Below are positions 16,358 to 24,141 of a DNA stretch of 29,001 bases, one piece after another (within the stretch, counting starts at the first letter, position 1; every line of letters begins with the position of its first letter). Under the pieces are notes generated by a model. It searched no databases. It was not told the origin of the DNA and saw only the letters and a list, made by a program, of their open reading frames with translations. Origin of the DNA: an uncultured virus (IMG/VR IMGVR_UViG_3300005326_000001) (lineage: Duplodnaviria > Heunggongvirae > Uroviricota > Caudoviricetes); the IMG/VR virus record IMGVR_UViG_3300005326_000001. One strand, written 5' to 3'. A program made the translations under genes and the position numbers.

Positions 16358-16428
16358 AATCAATCATCTTGCCCGACATTTCAGTTCGGGCAATACTCGA
16401 AGGACGTGGCGCAGGGGAGGACTTTTAA
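16354..16428 (+). pseudogene. stranded 5' fragment of an ASCH-like gene
   Basis: MKSIILPDISVRAILEGRGAGEDF* aligns with MRSIAFPDVMMQGILNSS at 17241; ATGA-coupled to the upstream gene. Confidence 0.7.
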
Positions 16429-16429
16429 T

Positions 16430-17239
16430 ATGCCAGAGAAGCCCTTAATAAATTGGACTGGCAAAAACCAAAGTTATTTGCTTGGCGTGATACATGGGAA
16501 TGGGCATGTTAATTATCGGGCAATACAAATCTCGGTTGGGTATCAAGACAAAGAGTATATGGAATATCTGTGTTCAATCATAAAACAAATTGGGTACACT
16601 CCGAGAGTGTACAATCAAAAAACTGCATATAGAATAGATATACACAACACTAAATTAGCTCAGGAAATCATTAAGTTTAAGCATGATGGCTTGTGGGCAA
16701 TACCAGAAAATGTTGATTATGAAAGCTATGCTTCAGGTGTATATGATACAGATGGTTGGGTAGCAGTTCCCAAGCGTGGCGGAGCAAAGTTTGTAGCTAT
16801 AGCATTAAAAAAATCTGGGAACTTAGAAATAATTAAAAATATATTCAACAAATGGGGCATGAAAAACATAAAGATTAACACCTGGGAAATAACATTTAAT
16901 GGCAAACCCTATCTTGTAGAAGGTATAAAATTATCAAGCGCATTCAATATAAAAATATTTTTTACCAATACCTTACTTAAAAACTCAAGAAAAAAAACAC
17001 GGTTGGACTCGATAATTTTACTGATTGCGGAATGGGAGGCAAGAGTCCCACTTTGGGAGAAAGTCGCCAATTTCATAAAAGATAAACCGAGGGATGCAAC
17101 TGAGATCAAGGGCTACTTCCATATTAATAAAAAACAATATGATAGTTTAATGGGAAACATTAAAAAACATTATAAAGTAGAGATAATCACCTCAATGTTG
17201 GCATTAAACAAATACAAAATTTGCAGAAAGGGGAGTTAA
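16430..17239 (+). CDS. free-standing two-motif LAGLIDADG homing endonuclease with C-terminal HTH-like tail
   Basis: Motif 1 YLLGVIHGNGHV, motif 2 YASGVYDTDGWV; GGAGG RBS before ATG 16430; more AT-rich than its neighbours. Confidence 0.8.
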   Translation: MPEKPLINWTGKNQSYLLGVIHGNGHVNYRAIQISVGYQDKEYMEYLCSIIKQIGYTPRVYNQKTAYRIDIHNTKLAQEIIKFKHDGLWAIPENVDYESYASGVYDTDGWVAVPKRGGAKFVAIALKKSGNLEIIKNIFNKWGMKNIKINTWEITFNGKPYLVEGIKLSSAFNIKIFFTNTLLKNSRKKTRLDSIILLIAEWEARVPLWEKVANFIKDKPRDATEIKGYFHINKKQYDSLMGNIKKHYKVEIITSMLALNKYKICRKGS

Positions 17240-17240
17240 T

Positions 17241-17846
17241 ATGAGGTCAATCGCATTCCCAGATGTAATGATGCAAGGCATATTAAATAGTTCAAAAACA
17301 CAACATCGGATTTTAATGAAAGTACAACCCAAAAACAGAGAACATAAACTTGGCTATTTGTCAAAACCCAAATCTGTTGCGGGAAAGTTTTGTTGGATAA
17401 AAGATAATGACCCGTTTATATCACCACCATATTTTAAATCCCCTTATCAGGTCGGGGATATTCTGGCAGTCAAGGAAACGTGGTCGCCCAAAGACCAAAT
17501 ATGGGCTGATGATAAGCCAAGAGATATGTTCCCTCATTTGCGTTCACCCGAGGATCTGATTTATAAAGCCGATTGTGCTGATAGGGGAAACATACTGTGG
17601 CATTCTTCTACAACAATGCCTCTATGGGCTTGCCGTTTTTTTCTCGAAGTCACAAAGGTCAGGGCAGAGTTTGTGCAGGATATAAGTCTTGAAGATGTAA
17701 AAGCAGAGGGAATATGGGATTTGTCGCAACACCCACAAAGGCAGTATCGGTATTTGTGGAACTCTCTCAATGCCAAGCGTGGCTACTCATGGGACTCAAA
17801 CCCTGCCGTTTGGATTTACGAGTTCAAGAGAGTGGAGGGAAAATGA
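17241..17846 (+). CDS. ASCH/PUA-like domain phage protein
   Basis: KTQHR, PYQVGDILAVKETW, W.S...MP.WACRFFLEVT.VR.E..QDIS.ED..AEG, W..NP.VWIYEF. Confidence 0.8.
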   Translation: MRSIAFPDVMMQGILNSSKTQHRILMKVQPKNREHKLGYLSKPKSVAGKFCWIKDNDPFISPPYFKSPYQVGDILAVKETWSPKDQIWADDKPRDMFPHLRSPEDLIYKADCADRGNILWHSSTTMPLWACRFFLEVTKVRAEFVQDISLEDVKAEGIWDLSQHPQRQYRYLWNSLNAKRGYSWDSNPAVWIYEFKRVEGK

Positions 17847-18016
17847 TAACCGAATTATCCGAAAGTAGTTTTGAGATAGAATGTGATTTTTGTGGGATAA
17901 CCAAAAACATAACGGGCTTTGATGAAAGGGGGGCAATAGATGAAGCACAAGCGCAGGGATGGTTTATAGATGGTGAAGAGGCATTATGTCAAGAATGTTT
18001 TGATGAGGTAGGCTAA
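17843..18016 (+). CDS. Zn-ribbon protein
   Basis: CDFC...A...GW......LCQEC; GGAGG RBS before ATG 17843. Confidence 0.7.
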   Translation: MITELSESSFEIECDFCGITKNITGFDERGAIDEAQAQGWFIDGEEALCQECFDEVG

Positions 18017-18199
18017 ATGACCCCTACCGAAAACATTCAGCTTGTCTCAATCGGCAATTACAACATCTCAAACCGTGAGGCAAAAGAAGCTAATCCCGGG
18101 AATCCGAAACCAGAACCGCCAAAATTGAATCATCCATGGCACAAAAAGTTTAATCTCGCAAGGGAACACAGGCAGGCATTGAGAAAGGGGAAAGAATAG
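18017..18199 (+). CDS. hypothetical protein
   Basis: 60 aa, fits the operon, NHPW motif. Confidence 0.5.
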   Translation: MTPTENIQLVSIGNYNISNREAKEANPGNPKPEPPKLNHPWHKKFNLAREHRQALRKGKE

Positions 18200-18841
18200 A
18201 TGGGTAAAAGATTTAGACCATATCGATTAGCTAAATACCAGTATCCGCCAAAAGTGGGATTTCCTAAGTCGTTTAAGTTTCAGACACAAGAGGAACTTGA
18301 CAGATACTTTGGCGAGGATTCTATTGTTTGTCTTTTATGCGGAAATTCTTTCAGGAAACTTGGGAATCACCTAATAAAAGCACATAGCATGACAGGCGAT
18401 GAATATAAGGCAGGGTTTGGTATTCCTTGGAAAACAGGATTGGCATGTACAGAGTTTAAGGATAACCTCAGCGAACAAATGGCAGAAAGAAAACGCTCAG
18501 GCGAACTGCCTGCGACTTCCGAAAGTGTGATGAGGAAAATGCATGAATGCGCCAAACACCAAAGACCGAAACAGCCAGTCACAATGAATAAATGTATTGA
18601 CAGGATTAGTACAGTTAACAAGGCGATTAAGACAGGGGAACTCGTGATTTCAGAAGAGGCGAGAAAGAAAATGGGAGAACCTGGGCGAAAGAAGGCAGGT
18701 ATACCATTAACCGATGAACATAGGGCAAAAATAAGCAGGGCAAAAATCGGTATTACGCGTGGAGCTATTAGTGAAGAGACAAGAAGGAAATTAAGTAAAG
18801 CAAGGAAAAAATATTGGGCAACCAGAAAGGCAGAAAGATGA
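18200..18841 (+). CDS. Ros/MucR-type Zn-finger protein with C-terminal NUMOD3-like motifs
   Basis: IVCLLCG..FRKL..HL..AH.MT.DEYK..FGIP; LTDEHRAKISRAKIG; ISEETRRKLSKA. Confidence 0.75.
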   Translation: MGKRFRPYRLAKYQYPPKVGFPKSFKFQTQEELDRYFGEDSIVCLLCGNSFRKLGNHLIKAHSMTGDEYKAGFGIPWKTGLACTEFKDNLSEQMAERKRSGELPATSESVMRKMHECAKHQRPKQPVTMNKCIDRISTVNKAIKTGELVISEEARKKMGEPGRKKAGIPLTDEHRAKISRAKIGITRGAISEETRRKLSKARKKYWATRKAER

Positions 18842-19392
18842 AAATCCTTATCGCAATTCTGATTTTAGTATCAACAATGGTTTGGGCGGATGATAAGTCT
18901 TTTGAGGTCAAGGAAACCGCAAAACGTATCTTCTCATTTTCCGAAATGAAAATGATATCCGAGGCGGATAGTGTTGTTGTAGACAGGAAACCCGAAAGCG
19001 TTACAATAATCATCTATTCTCATCACTACAAATCCCATGCAGGAGAAGGCGTAACCTGGGATGAAGCTACTGGCATGGGCATGGGTGATTTGCTATATAG
19101 ACCGCCTACGCTCGAACAGGACACAACAAAGATATTTATAGCCATAAAACCAAAAGAAATTAAGCGGAGTTGGATGGATGAGTACAAACAGTTAACGCCC
19201 CGGGAAAGCTCTGTATACTGCGATAGTACAGTTACTTTCCAAAAGCATACAATGGAGCGCATGAAACTCTGGCCGGGCGACAAAGAACTAATCGAAAAAG
19301 GCGAACCGATACCATTCCGCAAAAAACATAATGGTACTTGGTTTGAATGGCGGAATGGTAAGTTTTTCGAGATAGGAGAGCCGGGAGAATGA
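18838..19392 (+). CDS. putative secreted protein
   Basis: Signal peptide MKILIAILILVSTMVWA from ATG 18838. Confidence 0.6.
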   Translation: MKILIAILILVSTMVWADDKSFEVKETAKRIFSFSEMKMISEADSVVVDRKPESVTIIIYSHHYKSHAGEGVTWDEATGMGMGDLLYRPPTLEQDTTKIFIAIKPKEIKRSWMDEYKQLTPRESSVYCDSTVTFQKHTMERMKLWPGDKELIEKGEPIPFRKKHNGTWFEWRNGKFFEIGEPGE

Positions 19393-19601
19393 GATATATA
19401 GTTAGCCTTGAAACCGGGATTGTGGCTTTCGGTCTTGCCATATGGACAAACGTGAGATACAAGGAGTCATACGAGATTATGAGGGAGTGGGTGGAGAACT
19501 GTTGTCTTTCTGGACAAAACAAGATCACTTTTACCTGTGGGGACAGCCGTATCACCTACCTGATTAAATCCGAGAGAATAGAGGAGAAAATTGAAAAATG
19601 A
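19389..19601 (+). CDS. hypothetical protein
   Basis: ATGA overlaps on both sides. Confidence 0.55.
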   Translation: MRYIVSLETGIVAFGLAIWTNVRYKESYEIMREWVENCCLSGQNKITFTCGDSRITYLIKSERIEEKIEK

Positions 19602-20329
19602 AGATAATCTATGAACCCCGTGGTGCTGCCCGCGAGTATGCAGAATTGGCGTTAAATCACTATCTGGGGTGTACGCACCAGTGTTCCTACTGTTACGTCC
19701 CGAATACTTTACATATCTCCAAGGAGGACTATTTTGGCGAACCTGCTATGCGTGAAGGAATAATTGCCAAAGTTGCTTCCGATGCCAAATATCTTGCCGA
19801 CAATGGCTGTGATTCCGAGATACTTCTTTCTTTTATTGGTGATCCATACCAGCCCTGCGAAACAGAACTGGGCTTAACCAGACAGATTATTGAGATTCTT
19901 ATGCGGTATAACCTTAGATTTACCGTACTCACGAAGGGTGGCACAAGGGCGTGTCGTGACTTCGACCTGTTTGAGAAATATGAGAAGTGTAGTTTCGGTA
20001 CAAGCCTTGTATTCTCCCACAATGACAGTGCCACCAAATACGAACCTAACGCTGCCTCGGTTTCCGACAGGCAGGATGCCGTAATGGAGGCGAGCAAAAG
20101 GGGCATTAAGACGTGGGTATCCATGGAACCAGTTATAATACCCGAAGAAGCATTAGATGTTTTGGTATTCTTGGGAAAAGACGTAGATTTCTGGAAAATA
20201 GGTAAAATTAACCACAACAAGGAACTGGAGAGCAGGGTGGATTGGGCAGGGTTCAGGGAAGAAGCGAAGAGAATACTGGATAATATGGATGCTAAATACT
20301 ATATCAAAAGGAGTTTAAGTGAATTATGA
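19598..20329 (+). CDS. radical SAM protein (SPL-like phage family)
   Basis: GCTHQCSYCY (CxxxCxxC), DPYQP.E, ILTK-like VLTKG, TWVSMEPVI. Confidence 0.85.
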   Translation: MKIIYEPRGAAREYAELALNHYLGCTHQCSYCYVPNTLHISKEDYFGEPAMREGIIAKVASDAKYLADNGCDSEILLSFIGDPYQPCETELGLTRQIIEILMRYNLRFTVLTKGGTRACRDFDLFEKYEKCSFGTSLVFSHNDSATKYEPNAASVSDRQDAVMEASKRGIKTWVSMEPVIIPEEALDVLVFLGKDVDFWKIGKINHNKELESRVDWAGFREEAKRILDNMDAKYYIKRSLSEL

Positions 20330-20781
20330 TTAAATCTATTTATCTTCGCAAGTTCACAATACCCGTACCCATGCCAACAGGGGACGAAGAAGACCTTTAC
20401 CTGCCAGATATTGACTTCTGCGGGTACTTTCCCGTGAGCGGCATCCCAAACATCCATATCAAGAGTAACGATTTTCTTTCATTTTCCATCCCCGATGTGC
20501 CAACGAACACGTATATACGTGACACCGTAAACGACCATATTACACAGTGCTACGAAACTGCAGAGAAGCACATAAAAGATATTCTGGATACTGGATATAA
20601 TGGTATGATTTATCTTTTTATAACTCCCCATTTTAATGAAAAAACTTTCACTCAAACTACCATTGTTTCCGTATGCACCGAAAGCCCCAATCGGTTAGAG
20701 CCTAAGCTGGCAGACATGGGGATATATCACGAATGTCACACGGACAAATTGCGGGAAGCACCAAAACGGGAGGGGAAATGA
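20326..20781 (+). CDS. hypothetical protein (paralog A)
   Basis: MIKSIYLRKFTIP...; ATGA overlap. Confidence 0.6.
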   Translation: MIKSIYLRKFTIPVPMPTGDEEDLYLPDIDFCGYFPVSGIPNIHIKSNDFLSFSIPDVPTNTYIRDTVNDHITQCYETAEKHIKDILDTGYNGMIYLFITPHFNEKTFTQTTIVSVCTESPNRLEPKLADMGIYHECHTDKLREAPKREGK

Positions 20782-20981
20782 TTAGGTCTATTTATCTTCA
20801 CCGCTTTACCATGCCCACCCGTCCAGATATAGAAGAAACAATTACATGGAACGACCTGTCGTTCGTGGGTTACAAGCCATTAGATACTATTCCCCAATGT
20901 AGGATAGTTATTCCCGAAGGCATGTCCATAGAATATTACCCGGAGGGGTTACAGGAAGAAATAGATAGGGGAATTGGCTGA
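20778..20981 (+). CDS. hypothetical protein (paralog B, possibly frameshifted)
   Basis: MIRSIYLHRFTMP...; GGAGG RBS before ATG 20778. Confidence 0.55.
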   Translation: MIRSIYLHRFTMPTRPDIEETITWNDLSFVGYKPLDTIPQCRIVIPEGMSIEYYPEGLQEEIDRGIG

Positions 20982-21080
20982 ATTTATAAAATGGGAACAT
21001 AGATTACCTTGGTTCTTTAACAAGCGGTTTAGGCATGGTTAATAAAATAGCCCCTATTTTGCGGTTCCCATATTGCGTTT

Positions 21081-21540
21081 TAAGCCATTATCTCCCCTGA
21101 ACCACCCGGAATACTCTTTCGTTATTATCGTGGCACAGGCGTTGGGGATAAGCGGTAGAACGATGTAAAATTACACACACGTGAGTAGATATAGAAAACC
21201 CCAGACAGTGATGCACCTAAATGGTACATTTATCTGGGGTTTAATTTTTGTCAGTCCCTAATGGCTTATCTCTAATTTAGACAAGGTCGAATCCTCAGGC
21301 AAGTGAGTTATAGGGCAGTCGGATAATGTGGGCAATGGGCTAACGTGGCATCGCCTCCATTGTCCCTTGTCTCTTAACTTGGTTCGCCACAACACTGACA
21401 ATAAAAGTCCATGGGTTTATCCGTCAGCAGAATCCTTGCCGATAGATTTAATGCCATGGACACTATAACCGCCTGTTTGCCGGATTCTCTGCAAGAGCAG
21501 GCGGGGACTTTATACCCCTTCAGGGGATCAGCCTTGGGGG
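21081..21540. ncRNA. candidate large structured non-coding RNA
   Basis: ORF-free region with more than 10 complementary segment pairs of 6-10 bp, both nested and crossing (see findings); strand not resolved. Confidence 0.5.
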
Positions 21541-21577
21541 AATAAGTGAATGAAATATATCATATTTGACATATCTG

Positions 21578-21799
21578 TCAATAGCTGTCTATGAGTTGTT
21601 TGGCAAAATGTACAGTGGCATATTTATTGTCGCTATCTTCGACAATACTTTTGTCATAACCACATCCCTTGACCCACTTATGTTCATCTGCATCCCAAGA
21701 GGCATAACACTCAATAGCCACTGGTTTATTGTCCTCAATAGTCCACTTGGATGCTGCCGTATTGGTGGTTCGCCCGTAGGCACATTTAATCATCGGCAC
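21578..21799 (-). CDS. hypothetical protein
   Basis: 73 aa, AGGGGG upstream. Confidence 0.5.
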   Translation of the reverse strand: MPMIKCAYGRTTNTAASKWTIEDNKPVAIECYASWDADEHKWVKGCGYDKSIVEDSDNKYATVHFAKQLIDSY

Positions 21800-21988
21800 T
21801 TCATAACCCCCTGTGTAATTTATTATCAGTCATATGTTTACATAACCCCATGTCCCACGCCAAACTAACCCAAGCTAAATAGCATGGATTTCTAAGCTAA
21901 TTTGTCACGTATTCTGCCTATTATTCGTGACAAGATTTTCCTAAATTCCTCCATTTTCTTGTTTAGGAAAGTGGGCATAAACAGGAAA

Positions 21989-22017
21989 TTGCCAACTGCT
22001 GTGTTTCGGTATATATT
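21989..22017 (+). promoter_or_regulatory. sigma70-type promoter
   Basis: TTGCCA-17 bp-TATATT. Confidence 0.65.
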
Positions 22018-22048
22018 ATCGCATACACAATAATGTGCTAACGCAAAT

Positions 22049-22064
22049 TGTTTCACGTGAAACA
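22049..22064. promoter_or_regulatory. parS: parS site (ParB/Spo0J-binding palindrome)
   Basis: TGTTTCACGTGAAACA, a perfect consensus match; the palindrome extends to 20 bp (22047-22066). Confidence 0.85.
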
Positions 22065-22072
22065 ATGGAGGG

Positions 22073-22318
22073 TTGGTGATATACAACAAAAAGACAGGCA
22101 AAATACTCGTAGATGAAGAGATACTTCAGTTTGCGGCTTTCCTTGAACATGAAATAGAAACCCATAAGCGTGCCGTAGAACGCCTACTCCGCCTTATGGA
22201 AAAGGGGGAATGTCCCTACGGTGACGAAACCCCAGAGGACGAAGAAAGATGCGGTAATAACTGCGATAACTGCATAGAGTGCTTACGTGAGTTTGCATAC
22301 AGGGAGGAAAAGAAATGA
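22073..22318 (+). CDS. Cys-containing hypothetical protein
   Basis: GGAGG RBS; CPY...C...C..C..C. Confidence 0.6.
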   Translation: MVIYNKKTGKILVDEEILQFAAFLEHEIETHKRAVERLLRLMEKGECPYGDETPEDEERCGNNCDNCIECLREFAYREEKK

Positions 22319-22659
22319 GCGTCAAGGGTGTTTATAAATATACCTTTCACTATACACAAAGAACCATTAAGACACGTGCTGTTGTGATATATGATAAATC
22401 ATTTGATTGTTACTATGGGCAATGTATTGATTATTGGATATGTTCGCAAGCCGACAGTGTGGAAAATGCGGAACTAAAACTATACGAAGCCATGAGGTTA
22501 AATTTTGACGACCCAGAATGGAAAGTCGGGGAAAAGCACCCAAATAAACGGATATTACCCCCACTGGATTTGGTTTTGTTATATATCTGGGGGCAAATAA
22601 AGATTCGCATTATGGGGTCTAAAGATATTCGCACGCTCCATACGAGGAGAACGCAATGA
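22315..22659 (+). CDS. HicB-like (partial RNase H fold) protein
   Basis: VIYD....YYGQCIDYWICSQADSVENA...LYEAM matches the HicB N-domain pattern. Confidence 0.55.
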   Translation: MSVKGVYKYTFHYTQRTIKTRAVVIYDKSFDCYYGQCIDYWICSQADSVENAELKLYEAMRLNFDDPEWKVGEKHPNKRILPPLDLVLLYIWGQIKIRIMGSKDIRTLHTRRTQ

Positions 22660-22892
22660 CCACAACCATTACGATTTCATTTATCGTTGAGGACGGTGCC
22701 AAACCCAAGATAAGACTACAGGAAACAGGTGACAAAATACCACCCGATATGCTTATGAAACTCATGGATATTGCTGTGTCTAAATGGAAGGAAACCAAGA
22801 TACCCCCAAAACCACAGAATCCAATAAAAAATCCATTTAAGGGTGTTTCTGGACTTGAATTTTTTGATGAGGTCATTAGAAGTTTTCGTTGA
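22656..22892 (+). CDS. hypothetical protein
   Basis: GAGGAG RBS, ATGA overlap. Confidence 0.55.
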   Translation: MTTTITISFIVEDGAKPKIRLQETGDKIPPDMLMKLMDIAVSKWKETKIPPKPQNPIKNPFKGVSGLEFFDEVIRSFR

Positions 22893-22917
22893 CACCTTCT
22901 TTATTCCTTGCTATATT
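22889..22917 (+). promoter_or_regulatory. sigma70-type promoter with extended -10
   Basis: TTGACA-17 bp-TATATT, with TG one base before the -10. Confidence 0.7.
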
Positions 22918-22977
22918 GTATTCACAACTTGATAGAGTTTTCAACCTCTTTCTTGTCACGTTCTCTCACCACCCCCT

Positions 22978-23015
22978 CACCCCTACTGTAATGCTATAGC
23001 AGTGGGGGTGTTTTT
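22978..23015 (+). terminator. terminator-like hairpin in the ninB leader
   Basis: CACCCCTACTG/CAGTGGGGGTG 11-bp stem (one G-U) followed by T5. Confidence 0.65.
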
Positions 23016-23031
23016 ATGGGGAGATTCATCT

Positions 23032-23433
23032 ATGTCGCTTAACCCGAAGTTCTATGGTAACGTCACCGAGGGTAAACTCACCTTCGAGGACAAAGATTCG
23101 TTTTACAGGTATATCAATAATCTGGACGGACGTGTCGAGATAGTGGTCAAGAAGTTCTTTGACTCACGTTCCCAGAGGCAGAACCGCTACTACTGGGCGG
23201 TTGTAATTGACACTATCGCCAAGAGTACTGGACATACACCCACAGAGGTACATGATTACATGAGACAGCGATTCCTGACAGAATATGATGATAATTCGCC
23301 TATCCCGAAAGTCAAGAGTACGACCGATCTGAATACCGCAGGGTTTGTGGAGTACGTGACAAATATTGTCAGGTGGGCAAGTTCCGATATGGGGATATAT
23401 ATACCGGAACCGCATGAGACAGACTGGAAATGA
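23032..23433 (+). CDS. NinB/Orf-like recombination protein
   Basis: RSQRQNRYYWAV...IA...G....EVH...KSTTDLNT..F.EY...I..WA...GI.IP. Confidence 0.8.
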   Translation: MSLNPKFYGNVTEGKLTFEDKDSFYRYINNLDGRVEIVVKKFFDSRSQRQNRYYWAVVIDTIAKSTGHTPTEVHDYMRQRFLTEYDDNSPIPKVKSTTDLNTAGFVEYVTNIVRWASSDMGIYIPEPHETDWK

Positions 23434-23475
23434 TGTACCTATATTGGGGACAAATAGGTCAGTTTTGGGTACGAT

Positions 23476-23510
23476 AAAAAAAGAGACCCATGGATTTCTC
23501 CACGAATCTC
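23476..23510 (-). terminator. Rho-independent terminator
   Basis: On the minus strand, GAGATTCGTGGA-GAAA-TCCATGGGTCTC (12 bp including G-U pairs) plus T7. Confidence 0.8.
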
Positions 23511-23564
23511 CTTCCTCTCACAGTGCCACTGGTTTAATTTCATCCAGTCCGCCATGAAAGGTGC

Positions 23565-23846
23565 TTACGTTACAAATGGAAACTCGTTTTTAGAATACCA
23601 CATGATATACCAGCCCTCACTTGGTTTTACATAGTACCCTACCGACCTGTAACCGCCCTCCCAAGATTGAGTATGCATATCAATGGTTGCGACTACCCTG
23701 TGACCACCAGACGCACTTACGTGTAGCAGGGTAGGATTGGAAATATACAATGAAGCACCATTGGCAAAATAATATTCCCTATAGCCTTCGTGTGATATGT
23801 CCTTGTAATCCTCTAGATTCGTACCTTTCAGTGTGTTTTCGCCCAT
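23565..23846 (-). CDS. phage hypothetical protein (YREY.F...P..L.VS.SGGHR type)
   Basis: GAGGAG RBS. Confidence 0.65.
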   Translation of the reverse strand: MGENTLKGTNLEDYKDISHEGYREYYFANGASLYISNPTLLHVSASGGHRVVATIDMHTQSWEGGYRSVGYYVKPSEGWYIMWYSKNEFPFVT

Positions 23847-23999
23847 CTATTTCTCCTCCTCTTTTTCTCTGGCTTCGTAGCCATCGTTATATGCGTTGTC
23901 AATACGTTTTTCGCATGGTTCTACACACATACAATCTTGGTAAACAGATATTTCCAAGTCGGAATTACATGTGTCGCACTTAACATAAACAGTTCCCAT
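23847..23999 (-). CDS. small Zn-binding protein
   Basis: Start moved to ATG 23999, after AAGGAG; CDTC...VEPC. Confidence 0.6.
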   Translation of the reverse strand: MGTVYVKCDTCNSDLEISVYQDCMCVEPCEKRIDNAYNDGYEAREKEEEK

Positions 24000-24141
24000 T
24001 TTTATTCTCCTTATTGAAAAGGTACCCAGCGACACGATGTAGCTGGGGAATCGTTTGGATAGGCAATGTGTTGTGGCGCAATAAGATAGTATGCAACTGG
24101 GATGCAACTGGTACCCAGTTATTAAATAAAAAGGTATCCAA

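Noticed and set aside
16354..17239. Intein or group I intron carrying the LAGLIDADG ORF
   Set aside because: There is no in-frame fusion or C-terminal HN, almost no non-coding flank for a ribozyme core, and the ORF has its own RBS and stop.
21400..21515. RNase P RNA (AAAGTCC occurs on both strands)
   Set aside because: The full GAGGAAAGTCC and the matching 3' P4 strand are absent.
21892..22101. 69-aa minus-strand ORF containing LFHVKQ
   Set aside because: FHVKQ is simply the translated parS palindrome, and the ORF overlaps a promoter region.
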